In this document: one piece after another, positions 20,371 to 29,381 of the stretch | How the letters are laid out: the number at the start of each line of letters is the position of its first letter | Numbering within the stretch: position 1 is the stretch's first letter | Origin: Candidatus Nanohalarchaeota archaeon | GTDB taxonomy: Archaea > Nanohalarchaeota > Nanosalinia > Nanosalinales > Nanosalinaceae | Length of the DNA stretch: 64,000 nucleotides | Direction: 5' to 3' | NCBI GenBank assembly: GCA_022729235.1 | Contig: JALDAJ010000001.1 | Span: forward strand, 192,001-256,000 | Made by a program: the position numbers and the translations under genes | The notes under the pieces: model-generated | Seen by the model: the letters and a program-made list of their open reading frames with translations, nothing else | Databases searched by the model: none | Told to the model about the DNA's origin: nothing

Positions 20371-20682
20371 ATGCCCGGCGCAGTATTTCTTGAAGGCGAC
20401 AGCATCAACCTACGGACAGTCGAAGAAGGAGACCTTGAGAGGATAAGAGACATCTACAACCATCCTGAAGTAAGGAGATTCATTACTAACGACCGACCTG
20501 CAAACCTCGAACAGGAACGCGACTTAGTCGCCCGTGTAATAGAATCCAACGAAGCGTCACAGCAGGTCTGGGAGAAACTCGGGTTCACGCAAGAAGGAGA
20601 GCTCCGGGAAGAAATCTTCAGGAACGGAGAATACGAGAACGCATATATCTACGGACTTCTAAAGGAAGAGTGGGGCGGATGA
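20371..20682 (+). pseudogene. RimJ/RimL-type GNAT acetyltransferase with large in-frame internal deletion
   Basis: N-terminus MPGAVFLEGDSINLRTVE joined directly to C-terminal LVARVIESNEAS..VWEKLGF..EG.LRE; central acetyl-CoA-binding segment absent. Confidence 0.6.
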
Positions 20683-21401
20683 GCGAGAATCTTTACGAAA
20701 ATCGGGCGAAGTACTACGACATCCTCTACCGTGACAAAAACTATGAAGGAGAAGTCGAGTTCATAGTCGAGAAGTTCGAGGAACACGCTGAAACGGATAG
20801 TAGAAGACTACTGGTGCTCGGGTGCGGAACAGGAAACCACTCGAAACACATCCAGGACCACGGTTTCGAGGTAACCGGTCTCGACCTTTACGAAGACATG
20901 CTTGAACACGCCAGAGAGAAATGTGATGGAGATTTCAGGCAGACCAATCTACCTGAGATAAACGCGGCGGGCGAATACGACCTGATCCTGATGCCGTTCA
21001 CTATTATCAACCATCTACCGGAAGAAAAAGCCAGGGAAACGTTGGAAAACGTGAAAGATATGCTTGCAGACGGCGGAGCCCTGATATTTGACAACGGAGG
21101 TTTCTCGCTTGATGAGGACGAGACCGTTTCAAAACCCTTTATAGAAACAGTATCTAAAGAAGAAGATGTCGGCAGGATTGGACAGGTACGGGATTCTGGA
21201 GAAAACCAGGTTACATTCAACTCCATGATTTTCACCCGCGAAGGTTTCTTCGTTGACGAACATGAACTCTGGAACTACGACGACACGGAGATAGAGAATA
21301 TCCTTGAGGAACAAGGATACAGGTACGAGAAAAACAAGGACGGCTACGGGACAGATTCACCGAAAGACCACGGAACAGCCTTCATAGCATGGAGGAGCTA
21401 G
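20679..21401 (+). CDS. Class I SAM-dependent methyltransferase
   Basis: AKYYDILY, LLVLGCGTGNH, GLDL..DML; ATGA overlap with upstream ORF. Confidence 0.9.
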   Translation: MSENLYENRAKYYDILYRDKNYEGEVEFIVEKFEEHAETDSRRLLVLGCGTGNHSKHIQDHGFEVTGLDLYEDMLEHAREKCDGDFRQTNLPEINAAGEYDLILMPFTIINHLPEEKARETLENVKDMLADGGALIFDNGGFSLDEDETVSKPFIETVSKEEDVGRIGQVRDSGENQVTFNSMIFTREGFFVDEHELWNYDDTEIENILEEQGYRYEKNKDGYGTDSPKDHGTAFIAWRS

Positions 21402-21402
21402 A

Positions 21403-21687
21403 ATGCCTATAACACCTGAAAACCTGCCGCGCCACGAACTTATCGGACTCAAAGCAGAGGTCGTGGAGAGCGAGGACGAGAACCAGACAGGTATCAAGGG
21501 AGAAGTGCTCGACGAGACACAGAACACGCTGAGAATCAGGGACAAACAGGTCGAGAAGAAGATCTCCGTGTTCCGTTTTACGCTTCCATCAGGAGAAAAA
21601 GTAAAGGTCGATGGCGAACTCATCGCGAAACGACCAGAGGAACGCGTAGACATGAAACTGCCCGGTAAATGGGAGCATCCAGACTGA
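21403..21687 (+). CDS. rnp1: RNase P protein component 1 (Rpp29/Pop4)
   Basis: ITPENLPRHELIGL...GEVLDETQNTL...DG..I.KRPEER. Confidence 0.93.
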   Translation: MPITPENLPRHELIGLKAEVVESEDENQTGIKGEVLDETQNTLRIRDKQVEKKISVFRFTLPSGEKVKVDGELIAKRPEERVDMKLPGKWEHPD

Positions 21688-21703
21688 AAAAAGGATATAC
21701 TAC

Positions 21704-22012
21704 CTACAGACCTATATTTCCGCCTGAATTATCCTCTATCGAATATACAAAACCGTTCTCTTCGACCTGTTTACCTATACTTGGACTTGAGATACCAGCT
21801 CTCTTACAAAACCTCTTCACATCTCTTCGAATCCCGGGCTTGACAGAACCCTCATCCCAGCATATAGAAACCCACATACGGTCATCTGTAGTGCCTACAG
21901 AAACGCCGTATCGTCCATCAAAATTATCGTCTAGGAAATCTCGGAGTTCTTCCTCATACTCTTCACAAGAACCTATTTCCTCATAGACGGAGTTGGATGA
22001 ATCGCCAAACAC
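21704..22012 (-). CDS. Small hypothetical protein (paralog-like to 44122..44376)
   Basis: Shares YGVS[VI]GT motif with ORF at 44122; start uncertain. Confidence 0.55.
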   Translation of the reverse strand: MFGDSSNSVYEEIGSCEEYEEELRDFLDDNFDGRYGVSVGTTDDRMWVSICWDEGSVKPGIRRDVKRFCKRAGISSPSIGKQVEENGFVYSIEDNSGGNIGL

Positions 22013-22040
22013 TAACGAAAGGTTGAACTAGAACAGTTTT

Positions 22041-22583
22041 ATGGCTGATCGAGAAACACAGTATATGAACCTGGAGATAGACAACGAGAACTACAGCGCG
22101 ATGCAGATTGAAGGCAGGATAAGAGAGCTTGTGGAAGAAAACGAGCTCTGCTCACTCGCCACCGTACAAGAAAACAATAATCGCGATCCTTCAGCACATA
22201 TCGCCACCGCATGGTACGCATATGATGACGAACTCCGGCTCTACGTTCTGACGCCGCCCGACACCGATCACGCGAAGAACCTGGAAGAGAACGACTCCAT
22301 CGCACTCACCATTTTCGACAGTCACCAGGACTGGAGCGCCAAGAAGAAAGGGCTACAGGTGTTCGGGACCGCGGAAAAGATACCGGACGAAGACGCGGAA
22401 GAAGCGCTCGAACTCTACAACCAGCGTTTCCCGGGACTGGAGGAGCACGCGTCCACGACGGAAGAACTACAGGACCTCGACTCCAGCTTCTACGTGATAA
22501 CACCGGAGCGTATCAAACTTTTCGACGAGCCTGCCTTTGGAAATGAGACATGGATAACCGCCGAGCTCTACTACAGGGACTAG
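22041..22583 (+). CDS. Pyridoxamine 5'-phosphate oxidase-like (split-barrel) protein
   Basis: CSLAT, T.H.KNL..N..IALTI, GLQVFGTA. Confidence 0.8.
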   Translation: MADRETQYMNLEIDNENYSAMQIEGRIRELVEENELCSLATVQENNNRDPSAHIATAWYAYDDELRLYVLTPPDTDHAKNLEENDSIALTIFDSHQDWSAKKKGLQVFGTAEKIPDEDAEEALELYNQRFPGLEEHASTTEELQDLDSSFYVITPERIKLFDEPAFGNETWITAELYYRD

Positions 22584-22927
22584 ACTGATTCGTACCGGAA
22601 ATGTACTTCTAACTCGTCTTCATGAACAGCATCGACATACCAGTACGAACCCGAAGAAAGGAAAGTCGGCTCATATTTCTGACCGTATATCTCTCCTTCC
22701 TCTGCCATAACCTCCAACACACCTATCCACTCCTCTAGCTCTCTATCCCTATACGTTACAGGCTCTCCATACCTAAAATCATCGATTTCTCCACCAACAG
22801 ATTCTTCTCTAGCCGGGTAATCTAGTACGTCGAAATCATCCAGGTAGCCGTTATAACCCAATCTGTGAAAAGGATGGTTCAGCTGCCTCCACAACCTCTC
22901 TCTAAAAACAGGTCGAGCACCAGCCAT
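22580..22927 (-). CDS. Hypothetical protein
   Basis: 115-aa ORF co-oriented with the upstream hydrolase. Confidence 0.55.
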   Translation of the reverse strand: MAGARPVFRERLWRQLNHPFHRLGYNGYLDDFDVLDYPAREESVGGEIDDFRYGEPVTYRDRELEEWIGVLEVMAEEGEIYGQKYEPTFLSSGSYWYVDAVHEDELEVHFRYESV

Positions 22928-22949
22928 ATTGTATTAAGACCGTGAGCGA

Positions 22950-23516
22950 TTAAATGCTGACATTCAGAACAGTATCTAAAAGCTCCGGGAACTCCTCATA
23001 GCCCGCGTCCTGGTTCAGGTGCTTCCCGCCCTCGATAACCTCCAGTTCCGCGTCAAGCTTCTCTTCAAGCTCTTCTGCTTTCTCCAGCGACACGTACGGA
23101 TCGTTGTCGGAATGGAAAATATAGAACTCGCCACAGCTCTCTCGGATATTTTCCCAGTTGAAATCGCGCTCTGCGAACGACTCGTTCAGTGGGTCGAACT
23201 TCTCTAGCCCTAGCGGACCGACGAAACCCGCGACCAGAAACGCCGCTTCGATTTCGAAATCCTTGATATCCAGTAAATCCAGTACGAACACTGCGCCCGT
23301 GCTGTGACCAATCATGATAGAATCTTCATTGATCTCATCCTCGTACTCTTCGAAAACTTCCAGCCAGTTCTCCAAGCTCTGACCGTCCATCGTCGGAAAC
23401 TCCGGCACAAACACCTCGAACCCGCGCTCCTCCAGCTCCTCCTTCAGCCATCGGAACCAGTGCTGACCCGGATTACTACCGGTGCCGTGGAAGATGAATG
23501 CTGTTCGGTTGGGCAT
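22950..23516 (-). CDS. YdeN/RBBP9-family alpha/beta serine hydrolase
   Basis: IFHG...HWFRWL, GHSTG, SDNDPYV, GGKHLN. Confidence 0.9.
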   Translation of the reverse strand: MPNRTAFIFHGTGSNPGQHWFRWLKEELEERGFEVFVPEFPTMDGQSLENWLEVFEEYEDEINEDSIMIGHSTGAVFVLDLLDIKDFEIEAAFLVAGFVGPLGLEKFDPLNESFAERDFNWENIRESCGEFYIFHSDNDPYVSLEKAEELEEKLDAELEVIEGGKHLNQDAGYEEFPELLDTVLNVSI

Positions 23517-23602
23517 AAGACGAAATAGCTAAATACACAAAAAAATCTAACGGAACTGAGTTGTAACTATATAATAAATATTTTTCTGAGAAACTTCTCT
23601 CT

Positions 23603-24811
23603 ATGACCGACGTTGATTACGATGTAATAGTTGCTGGCTCTGGACCATCAGGAGGGCAGTTCGCTAGATACTTTACAAGAGAATCTGACTACTCTCTTGC
23701 TCTTCTGGAAAGAGATGAAAACCTAGGAGATAACGATAAATCAACGGCAGGGAGTTTTCCCGAGGTCGTAGACGAAAGAAATATCCCTGACTGGGTCGTT
23801 ATGGATGAAAACGAAGAAGTTATTTTGGAGAGTCCAAACGAGCAAGCTACTCTACCTATACATAACTACGTGCTAGACTTCCCTGCTCTGCAGGAATTCC
23901 TAGGACAAGAAACGGAAGAATACGGGGGAGATATCTACACTGATGCGAGAGTTGTCGGCCCTATAAGAGAAAATAACAGAGTTAAAGGAGTAGAATACGC
24001 GAACGGCTCTGGCGAGACGAAAGAAATGACAGCTCAAATAGTAGTAGATGCTACAGGACCTGCCTCAGTTATTGCATCGGAACTAGGATTATTCGATAAA
24101 GAACGGGCTCAGAATGCAGTGGGTCTAGAGTATGAGGCAAGAGGAAACTATGAGCCGGAAGACGCGATGGTTTTCAGCTTTGACCATGAAGACGCTCCTG
24201 GCGGATATGCATGGACATTTCCCTCCGGTGATGATGTCTTTAAAGCAGGAGTGTGCTATGTAGACGACTTTAGAGAAAAACACGGAGACGGACGTAACCT
24301 ACGGGAACTTGTCGATGACTGGGTCGAAGATGACAGATGGGAAATAGATGAAGTACGAGCAGAACATGGAGGAAGAGCTCTTTCTGACAACTCAATTAAT
24401 CAAAGAGCTACAGATGGCTTCATGGCGATAGGCGACTCCGTCTCCAGCATAAACCCTCTATTCGGTGAAGGTATTAGACCCGGAATGGAGTCTGCAGACA
24501 TGGCAGCCCAAGTAGCAATAGAGTCTCTTAAAGAAGATGACATCAGTGAGGAGAGCTTGAGAAGATATGACCAAAGATGGAATCAAGAAAAAGGTCGAGG
24601 CTGGAGAATCCAGAAGATTTTTGGTGAGCTGATATACGACTTCAATGAAAATCAACAAGATGAGTTTGTTAGAAGATCAGACCAGCTTTCAGAAGAAGAA
24701 ATAGAAGATTTCATGAGCTATGAAATCCCTCTAAGAACCTTAGCAAGGCTCTATCCCTTTGAGATCAAGGATCTAAAGAAAGCACCAGAACTTGGAAGAC
24801 ATCTGATTTGA
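23603..24811 (+). CDS. Geranylgeranyl reductase-family FAD oxidoreductase
   Basis: YDVIVAGSGPSG, VDATG, APGGYAWTFP, IGDSVSSINPLFGEGI. Confidence 0.88.
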   Translation: MTDVDYDVIVAGSGPSGGQFARYFTRESDYSLALLERDENLGDNDKSTAGSFPEVVDERNIPDWVVMDENEEVILESPNEQATLPIHNYVLDFPALQEFLGQETEEYGGDIYTDARVVGPIRENNRVKGVEYANGSGETKEMTAQIVVDATGPASVIASELGLFDKERAQNAVGLEYEARGNYEPEDAMVFSFDHEDAPGGYAWTFPSGDDVFKAGVCYVDDFREKHGDGRNLRELVDDWVEDDRWEIDEVRAEHGGRALSDNSINQRATDGFMAIGDSVSSINPLFGEGIRPGMESADMAAQVAIESLKEDDISEESLRRYDQRWNQEKGRGWRIQKIFGELIYDFNENQQDEFVRRSDQLSEEEIEDFMSYEIPLRTLARLYPFEIKDLKKAPELGRHLI

Positions 24812-24830
24812 GCAAGACAGACAAAACCCC

Positions 24831-24838
24831 TTTTAAAG
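24831..24838 (+). promoter_or_regulatory. TATA box for the non-coding RNA
   Basis: TTTTAAAG about 30 nt upstream of the closing helix of the structured RNA. Confidence 0.5.
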
Positions 24839-24869
24839 TTTACTTTCTCTTGCGTAGTTACGAGCTTTG

Positions 24870-24994
24870 TCCGCTTGGAGTCGGTTGATGACCGGATGCC
24901 TGTTGTCTGGGCGTCGGGTCTGAGGACGATACTCTGGGCGACCCAGTAGGAAAAACCTACCTGTCAGGTCGCTTTCTAGAAGACTTCAAGCGGA
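24870..24994 (+). ncRNA. Unidentified structured RNA with K-turn (box C/D motif)
   Basis: 13-bp closing helix 24870-24882/24982-24994; arm 1 flanked by UGAUGA (24886) and CUGA (24920); arm 2 GGGCGACC/GGTCGCTT; G-U pairs indicate + strand. Confidence 0.65.
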
Positions 24995-25081
24995 GTATAA
25001 ACCCTCGCGGGTTTAATGGCCGAGAAACCGTTAACGGTTTCGTTCGGTTTAAAAGAGTTCGTTTCGAGGATTGAACACACG

Positions 25082-25378
25082 ATGTCAGACGGAAACAAGT
25101 CACAGAAAGCGGAAGAATTCCCGAAGAGAGGGAACTCCTTCGAGGGAGAGGTAGAGTCCACGAAGATGGACAAGTCCGCGACAGTAAGATGGGCGTATTC
25201 TGAAGAAGTCCCGAAGTATGAGCGTTACGAGAGAAGAAATACCAAGATAACCGTTCACGTCCCGGAAGATATCGAAGTAAGCGAGGGCGACCATGTAAAA
25301 GTTGTCGAGACCCGCCCGATTTCCAAGACCAAAAGCGCCGTGATAACAGAAATAATTCAAAACGGTGACGAGCAATGA
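25082..25378 (+). CDS. rps17: 30S ribosomal protein S17
   Basis: RGNSFEG.V.S.KMDK, PKYERYERR, ETRPISKTK; TATA TTTAAAAG at 25048. Confidence 0.95.
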   Translation: MSDGNKSQKAEEFPKRGNSFEGEVESTKMDKSATVRWAYSEEVPKYERYERRNTKITVHVPEDIEVSEGDHVKVVETRPISKTKSAVITEIIQNGDEQ

Positions 25379-25435
25379 AGCTTTCCGCAGGAAAGACTTC
25401 TCGCAGAAATCACCCGAAAGGTGATTTCGAGTGAA
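25364..25435. repeat. Junction hairpin insertion, SD+start duplicated at 56-nt offset
   Basis: GGTGA-N6-ATGAA at 25364 and GGTGA-N6-GTGAA at 25420; TCGCAG-AAATCACC-CGAAA-GGTGATTT-CGA hairpin. Confidence 0.8.
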
Positions 25436-25829
25436 ACCGGTAGGAGCAAATATTACAAGGACTCTGGACAAGGAAGCTGTTCTCACATGCGCTGACAACT
25501 CTGGCGCCCAGAAACTGCAAATAATCGGTGTCAAGCACACACAGGGCAGGCGTTCAAGAAGAGAGTCAGCTGGTGTAGGCGACATCGTAAAGGTCAAGGT
25601 TCTGAAGGGAGACCAGGAAGTCATGCACCAGGTCTTCGACGCAGTTATCGTGAGACAGGCAAAAGAATACCAGAGAGCCAACGGCATGAGGATTTCGTTT
25701 GAAGATAACGCAGCTGTACTTGTAGAGGAAAACATGCTACCAAAAGGATCTGAAACCCGTGGACCGATCGCGAAAGAAGTAGTTCAACGCTTCAGCCCGA
25801 TCGGAAAAATTGCTTCACAGGTGGTGTAA
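25431..25829 (+). CDS. rpl14: 50S ribosomal protein L14 (GTG start)
   Basis: CADNSGA, AVIVRQ, FEDNAAV, GPIAKEV. Confidence 0.97.
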   Translation: MKPVGANITRTLDKEAVLTCADNSGAQKLQIIGVKHTQGRRSRRESAGVGDIVKVKVLKGDQEVMHQVFDAVIVRQAKEYQRANGMRISFEDNAAVLVEENMLPKGSETRGPIAKEVVQRFSPIGKIASQVV

Positions 25830-25893
25830 AATCATGACAAATGATTTTACGGCTCGCAGAAAATCTCTGATTTTCGAGTGGTGTAAAAAATGA
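25821..25893. repeat. Junction hairpin insertion, ATG duplicated at 56-nt offset
   Basis: GTGGTGTAAAATCATGA and GTGGTGTAAAAAATGA flank an inverted copy (ATGATTTTAC) and TCGCAGAAAATC-TCT-GATTTTCGA. Confidence 0.85.
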
Positions 25894-26645
25894 GCGAAAC
25901 AGAGAACTGGAGCAGGGAATGGAACTCAAGCACGGATCCTTCCAAACAGCGCAAGTACAGGGATAACGCGCCGCTCCACGTAAAAGACAAGATGATTTCA
26001 GCTAACACCTCCGAAGTTATCAGGGAAGAACTCGGCACACGTTCGATCCAACTGAAAGTGGGTGACCGGGTAAGAGTCATGAGAGGCGATGAGAAAGGTA
26101 AGGAAGGAATCGTCAGCGACATCGACAGGGAGGAAGAAAAAGTATACGTACACGGCATAATTGTTGAACGAACAGATGGTACTGAAAGAGAAATCGCACT
26201 GAGACCGTCAAACCTGCAAGTCCAGGCGATGAATATCGAAGACGACATGAGGATGGAGAAATACGATATCGATGACTTCGAAGCTATCCGCGTTGAGGAA
26301 GAAGAGATGGAAGAAGCCCTCGAAGAAGACGAGGAAGGAGAGATGATGGAGCAGATGCAGACCGGAGAAAGCTCCCTGGAAGCAGGCGAAGACGAGGAAG
26401 AAGACACCGAGGATGAAGAGGAAACAGAAGACGAAGTAGACGAGGAGACATCCGAGGAAGAAACAGCAGAAGACGAAGATGCTTCCGGAACCGACTACGA
26501 TGACATCGTTGACAACACGATCAGCGACGCCAAAGAACAACTACAGGAACTCGAAGAACCAGACTACCAGGCAGCACTCGAAGCGGAAGAAAATAATAAA
26601 GATCGTAAAACCTTCAAAGAATGGCTTGAGAACAAAGCAGAGTGA
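25890..26645 (+). CDS. rpl24: 50S ribosomal protein L24 with long acidic linker and extra C-terminal domain
   Basis: PSKQRKY...APLH, GDRVRVMRG, PSNL; long C-terminal extension. Confidence 0.95.
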   Translation: MSETENWSREWNSSTDPSKQRKYRDNAPLHVKDKMISANTSEVIREELGTRSIQLKVGDRVRVMRGDEKGKEGIVSDIDREEEKVYVHGIIVERTDGTEREIALRPSNLQVQAMNIEDDMRMEKYDIDDFEAIRVEEEEMEEALEEDEEGEMMEQMQTGESSLEAGEDEEEDTEDEEETEDEVDEETSEEETAEDEDASGTDYDDIVDNTISDAKEQLQELEEPDYQAALEAEENNKDRKTFKEWLENKAE

Positions 26646-26651
26646 TAATAT

Positions 26652-27314
26652 ATGGCACACGATAAACGACTCCCGGCACCAAAGCATTACCCTATCAAGA
26701 GGAAGGAGACTAAGTACATCTCCACTATAGAGGGTTCAAGAAGCCGTGAAAACGCTGTTCCCGCGGTAGTAGTGCTGAGAGAGATTCTGGGATACGCAGA
26801 GAACGAAACAGACGCGAAAAAGATAGTACAGGACCGCGAACTACTTAGAAACGGAGAACCGGTAACCGACATCAGGCAGGGTATCGGAATCCTTGATACC
26901 GTGGAGCTTCCAAAAACGGAGGAGGCTTACCGCGTACTGAGAAGCGGTCAAGACCTGAGATTTGTACCTGTAACAGATGAAGAGAAAGTCGTCACAAAAA
27001 TAGTAGGTAAAGATTCTGAAGGCGACGGTTACGTCTACCGGCTTCATAACGGAGAGAATTACAGGACGGATGACGAATACGCGACAGGTAACACGCTCAT
27101 CTTCAACTCCTCGGTAACCGAAGTAGAACTGGAAGAAGGAGCGCAGGTAGTAGTTATAGACGGTAAACACGCCGGTCAGATAGCAGAGCTTAAAGAGATA
27201 AGCGAACACCGCATGAACCCGGACATCGGCGTTATAGAAGCTGATACAGAGTTTGAGACACAGCTTAAAAACCTTGTAGCAGTGGAAAAGGTCCAGCTAG
27301 GTGAAGAACAGTGA
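26652..27314 (+). CDS. rps4e: 30S ribosomal protein S4e
   Basis: KRLPAPKHYPIKRK, LHNGEN, GKHAG. Confidence 0.95.
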   Translation: MAHDKRLPAPKHYPIKRKETKYISTIEGSRSRENAVPAVVVLREILGYAENETDAKKIVQDRELLRNGEPVTDIRQGIGILDTVELPKTEEAYRVLRSGQDLRFVPVTDEEKVVTKIVGKDSEGDGYVYRLHNGENYRTDDEYATGNTLIFNSSVTEVELEEGAQVVVIDGKHAGQIAELKEISEHRMNPDIGVIEADTEFETQLKNLVAVEKVQLGEEQ

Positions 27315-27364
27315 ATGCTGAAAGCGTTCACTTCGCAGAGAATCACAGGGTGATTTTCGAATGC
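27310..27364. repeat. Junction hairpin insertion, GAATGC duplicated at 46-nt offset
   Basis: AGTGAATGCT/AGCGTTCACT hairpin then TCGCAG-AGAATCAC-AGG-GTGATTTT-CGA and new ATG. Confidence 0.8.
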
Positions 27365-27870
27365 AGGAGATGAAGGAAATCCAGATCGAAAAAATAGTAG
27401 TTAACGCAGGGGCAGGAGAAGTAGGAGATGAGGTCGAGAAATCAGTAAGGCTCCTGGAAAAGCTTACCGGCAAACAGCCAGTAAAGACAGAGTCCCGTCG
27501 GGAAGCCAAGACTTTCGGTCTTAGAGGCGGACTCGAGATAGGTGTTAAGATAACTCTTAGAGGAGAAGAGGCAAGAGAATTCCTGGAAAAAGTACTTCCA
27601 GCTGCTGACAACGAAATCGATGCCTCAAGCTTTGACGGCAACGGCAACTTCGCGTTCGGTATCTCAGAGTACATCGACGTACCAGGAGTAGACTATGACG
27701 GAGATATCGGTATGAGAGGGTTCGAAGTAGTTGTAAACCTTGAAAGACCAGGATACCGTGTAAAGCGGCGCGACTACAAGCCTTCAGAAGTCGGAAAAGA
27801 CCACGAGGTCTCCGATGAAGAAGCAAAGGAGTTCGTTGAAGAGGAACTTGGTGCAGAGGTGACAAACTAG
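27361..27870 (+). CDS. rpl5: 50S ribosomal protein L5
   Basis: [29 protein letters not shown]. Confidence 0.97.
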   Translation: MQEMKEIQIEKIVVNAGAGEVGDEVEKSVRLLEKLTGKQPVKTESRREAKTFGLRGGLEIGVKITLRGEEAREFLEKVLPAADNEIDASSFDGNGNFAFGISEYIDVPGVDYDGDIGMRGFEVVVNLERPGYRVKRRDYKPSEVGKDHEVSDEEAKEFVEEELGAEVTN

Positions 27871-27872
27871 AT

Positions 27873-28097
27873 ATGGGATACGAAGACGTACTAGACCAGA
27901 TCAAGCATAAGGAAGGTGACCGGAAAGCCTTCGAGAAACATAATACTCCAAAGGAGAGAGATTACGGAAAATCCAAGAAAGAATGCCGGCGCTGTGGAAG
28001 GACAGGAAGAGGAGTCATCTCAAAATACGGACTCAACTACTGTCGACAGTGCTTCCGCGAGATTGCGGAAGAGCTCGGCTTTAAACAGCTCAAGTAA
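27873..28097 (+). CDS. rps14: 30S ribosomal protein S14 (zinc-binding, N-terminal extension)
   Basis: CRRCG...[13 protein letters not shown]. Confidence 0.95.
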   Translation: MGYEDVLDQIKHKEGDRKAFEKHNTPKERDYGKSKKECRRCGRTGRGVISKYGLNYCRQCFREIAEELGFKQLK

Positions 28098-28108
28098 GGT
28101 AGATAACA

Positions 28109-28498
28109 ATGCAGCAAGACACACTCAGCGACGCACTGTCCTCAATCAACAACGCAGCGAGGACGGGTAACGAATACGCAACGGTCGCACCCACAAGCAA
28201 CCTGGTAAAGAACGTACTTGTCAAGCTACAGGAAGAGAATTACATAGGAGTATTCGAACTTGTAGAAGACGGTAAGGGCGGAAAATTCAAGGTAGAGGTC
28301 AAGCCAGAGATCAACGAATGCAAGCCTGTAAAGCCAAACTTCTACGTAGGGAACGATGAATACACGAAGTGGTCCAAGAGATACTTACCGGCAAGAAACT
28401 TCGGAAAACTACTCGTAACAACACCTGAAGGCGTACTAACCCATGAAGAGGCTCACGAGAAAGGAGTGGGTGGAAAACTACTCGGATACGTCTACTAA
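28109..28498 (+). CDS. rps8: 30S ribosomal protein S8
   Basis: D.LSDAL, YLPARNFG.L.VTT..G, GGKLLGYVY. Confidence 0.96.
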   Translation: MQQDTLSDALSSINNAARTGNEYATVAPTSNLVKNVLVKLQEENYIGVFELVEDGKGGKFKVEVKPEINECKPVKPNFYVGNDEYTKWSKRYLPARNFGKLLVTTPEGVLTHEEAHEKGVGGKLLGYVY

Positions 28499-28507
28499 GT
28501 GATACAG

Positions 28508-29041
28508 ATGGAACTCAAAACCGAACTCGGAGACGCGGAAGCAGAATACGAAGACGGAGTGCTTAGAGTCAGCGATAACGATGGAGAAGTCGAAAAGAAG
28601 CTGGAGCACGCACAGATCGATGTAGAAGTGACAGACGAGGAAGTAGTTTTCTCCACCGAGAGCGATAGAAAGGACATGGAGAGTATAGTCAAGACTTTCC
28701 AGAGACACCTGGAGAACATGCTCAAAGGACTGGAAAGCGACCACGTATACCGGATGAAAGGTGTCTACGCACACTTCCCGATGACTATCAAACAACAGGG
28801 AGAAGAGATCCATCTCGAGAACTTCATGGGAGAAAGAGCACCCAGAGTCATAGAGATAATGGACGGTGTAGACGTCTCCATCAACGGCGAAGATCTTGAA
28901 CTAAGAGGTCCAGACAAGGACAAAGTTTCACAGACTGCAGCCCGTATAGAACAGGTATGCAAGAAAGGAAACCGCGATCCCAGGACATTCCAGGACGGAG
29001 TATACATAACAGAAGCCGAAGAAGGTGGTTCAGATGAGTAA
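28508..29041 (+). CDS. rpl6: 50S ribosomal protein L6
   Basis: [26 protein letters not shown]. Confidence 0.96.
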   Translation: MELKTELGDAEAEYEDGVLRVSDNDGEVEKKLEHAQIDVEVTDEEVVFSTESDRKDMESIVKTFQRHLENMLKGLESDHVYRMKGVYAHFPMTIKQQGEEIHLENFMGERAPRVIEIMDGVDVSINGEDLELRGPDKDKVSQTAARIEQVCKKGNRDPRTFQDGVYITEAEEGGSDE

Positions 29042-29381
29042 AGACAAAGATTTCAAGAAAGAGGATAGCCACAAGAAGAAGGGATATCCTGGCAAATGGA
29101 GGAGACCGAGAGGGCGACACTCCCGCATCCGGCTGGAGAAGAAAGGCGCTCCTGCAAAGCCAAAAGCAGGATACAGGACAGAAAAAAATGCTAGAGGGAA
29201 ACATCCTTCCGGGTACGAGGAAGTACTCGTACACAATACTGGCGACCTTGAAGAGATCGATACCGAGACAGAGGCAGCAAGAATCGCCTCAAAGGTCGGC
29301 GCAAGAAAAAGAGAGACTATACTTGAAAAAGCTGACGAACTCGAAATAGAAGTACTGAACCCAGGTGATAATGATGAGTGA
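29034..29381 (+). CDS. rpl32e: 50S ribosomal protein L32e
   Basis: [24 protein letters not shown]. Confidence 0.96.
   Translation: MSKDKDFKKEDSHKKKGYPGKWRRPRGRHSRIRLEKKGAPAKPKAGYRTEKNARGKHPSGYEEVLVHNTGDLEEIDTETEAARIASKVGARKRETILEKADELEIEVLNPGDNDE

Noticed and set aside
24870-24994. 5S rRNA, SRP RNA or RNase P RNA
   Set aside because: Size and three-way shape recall 5S, but diagnostic conserved motifs of all three were not found on either strand
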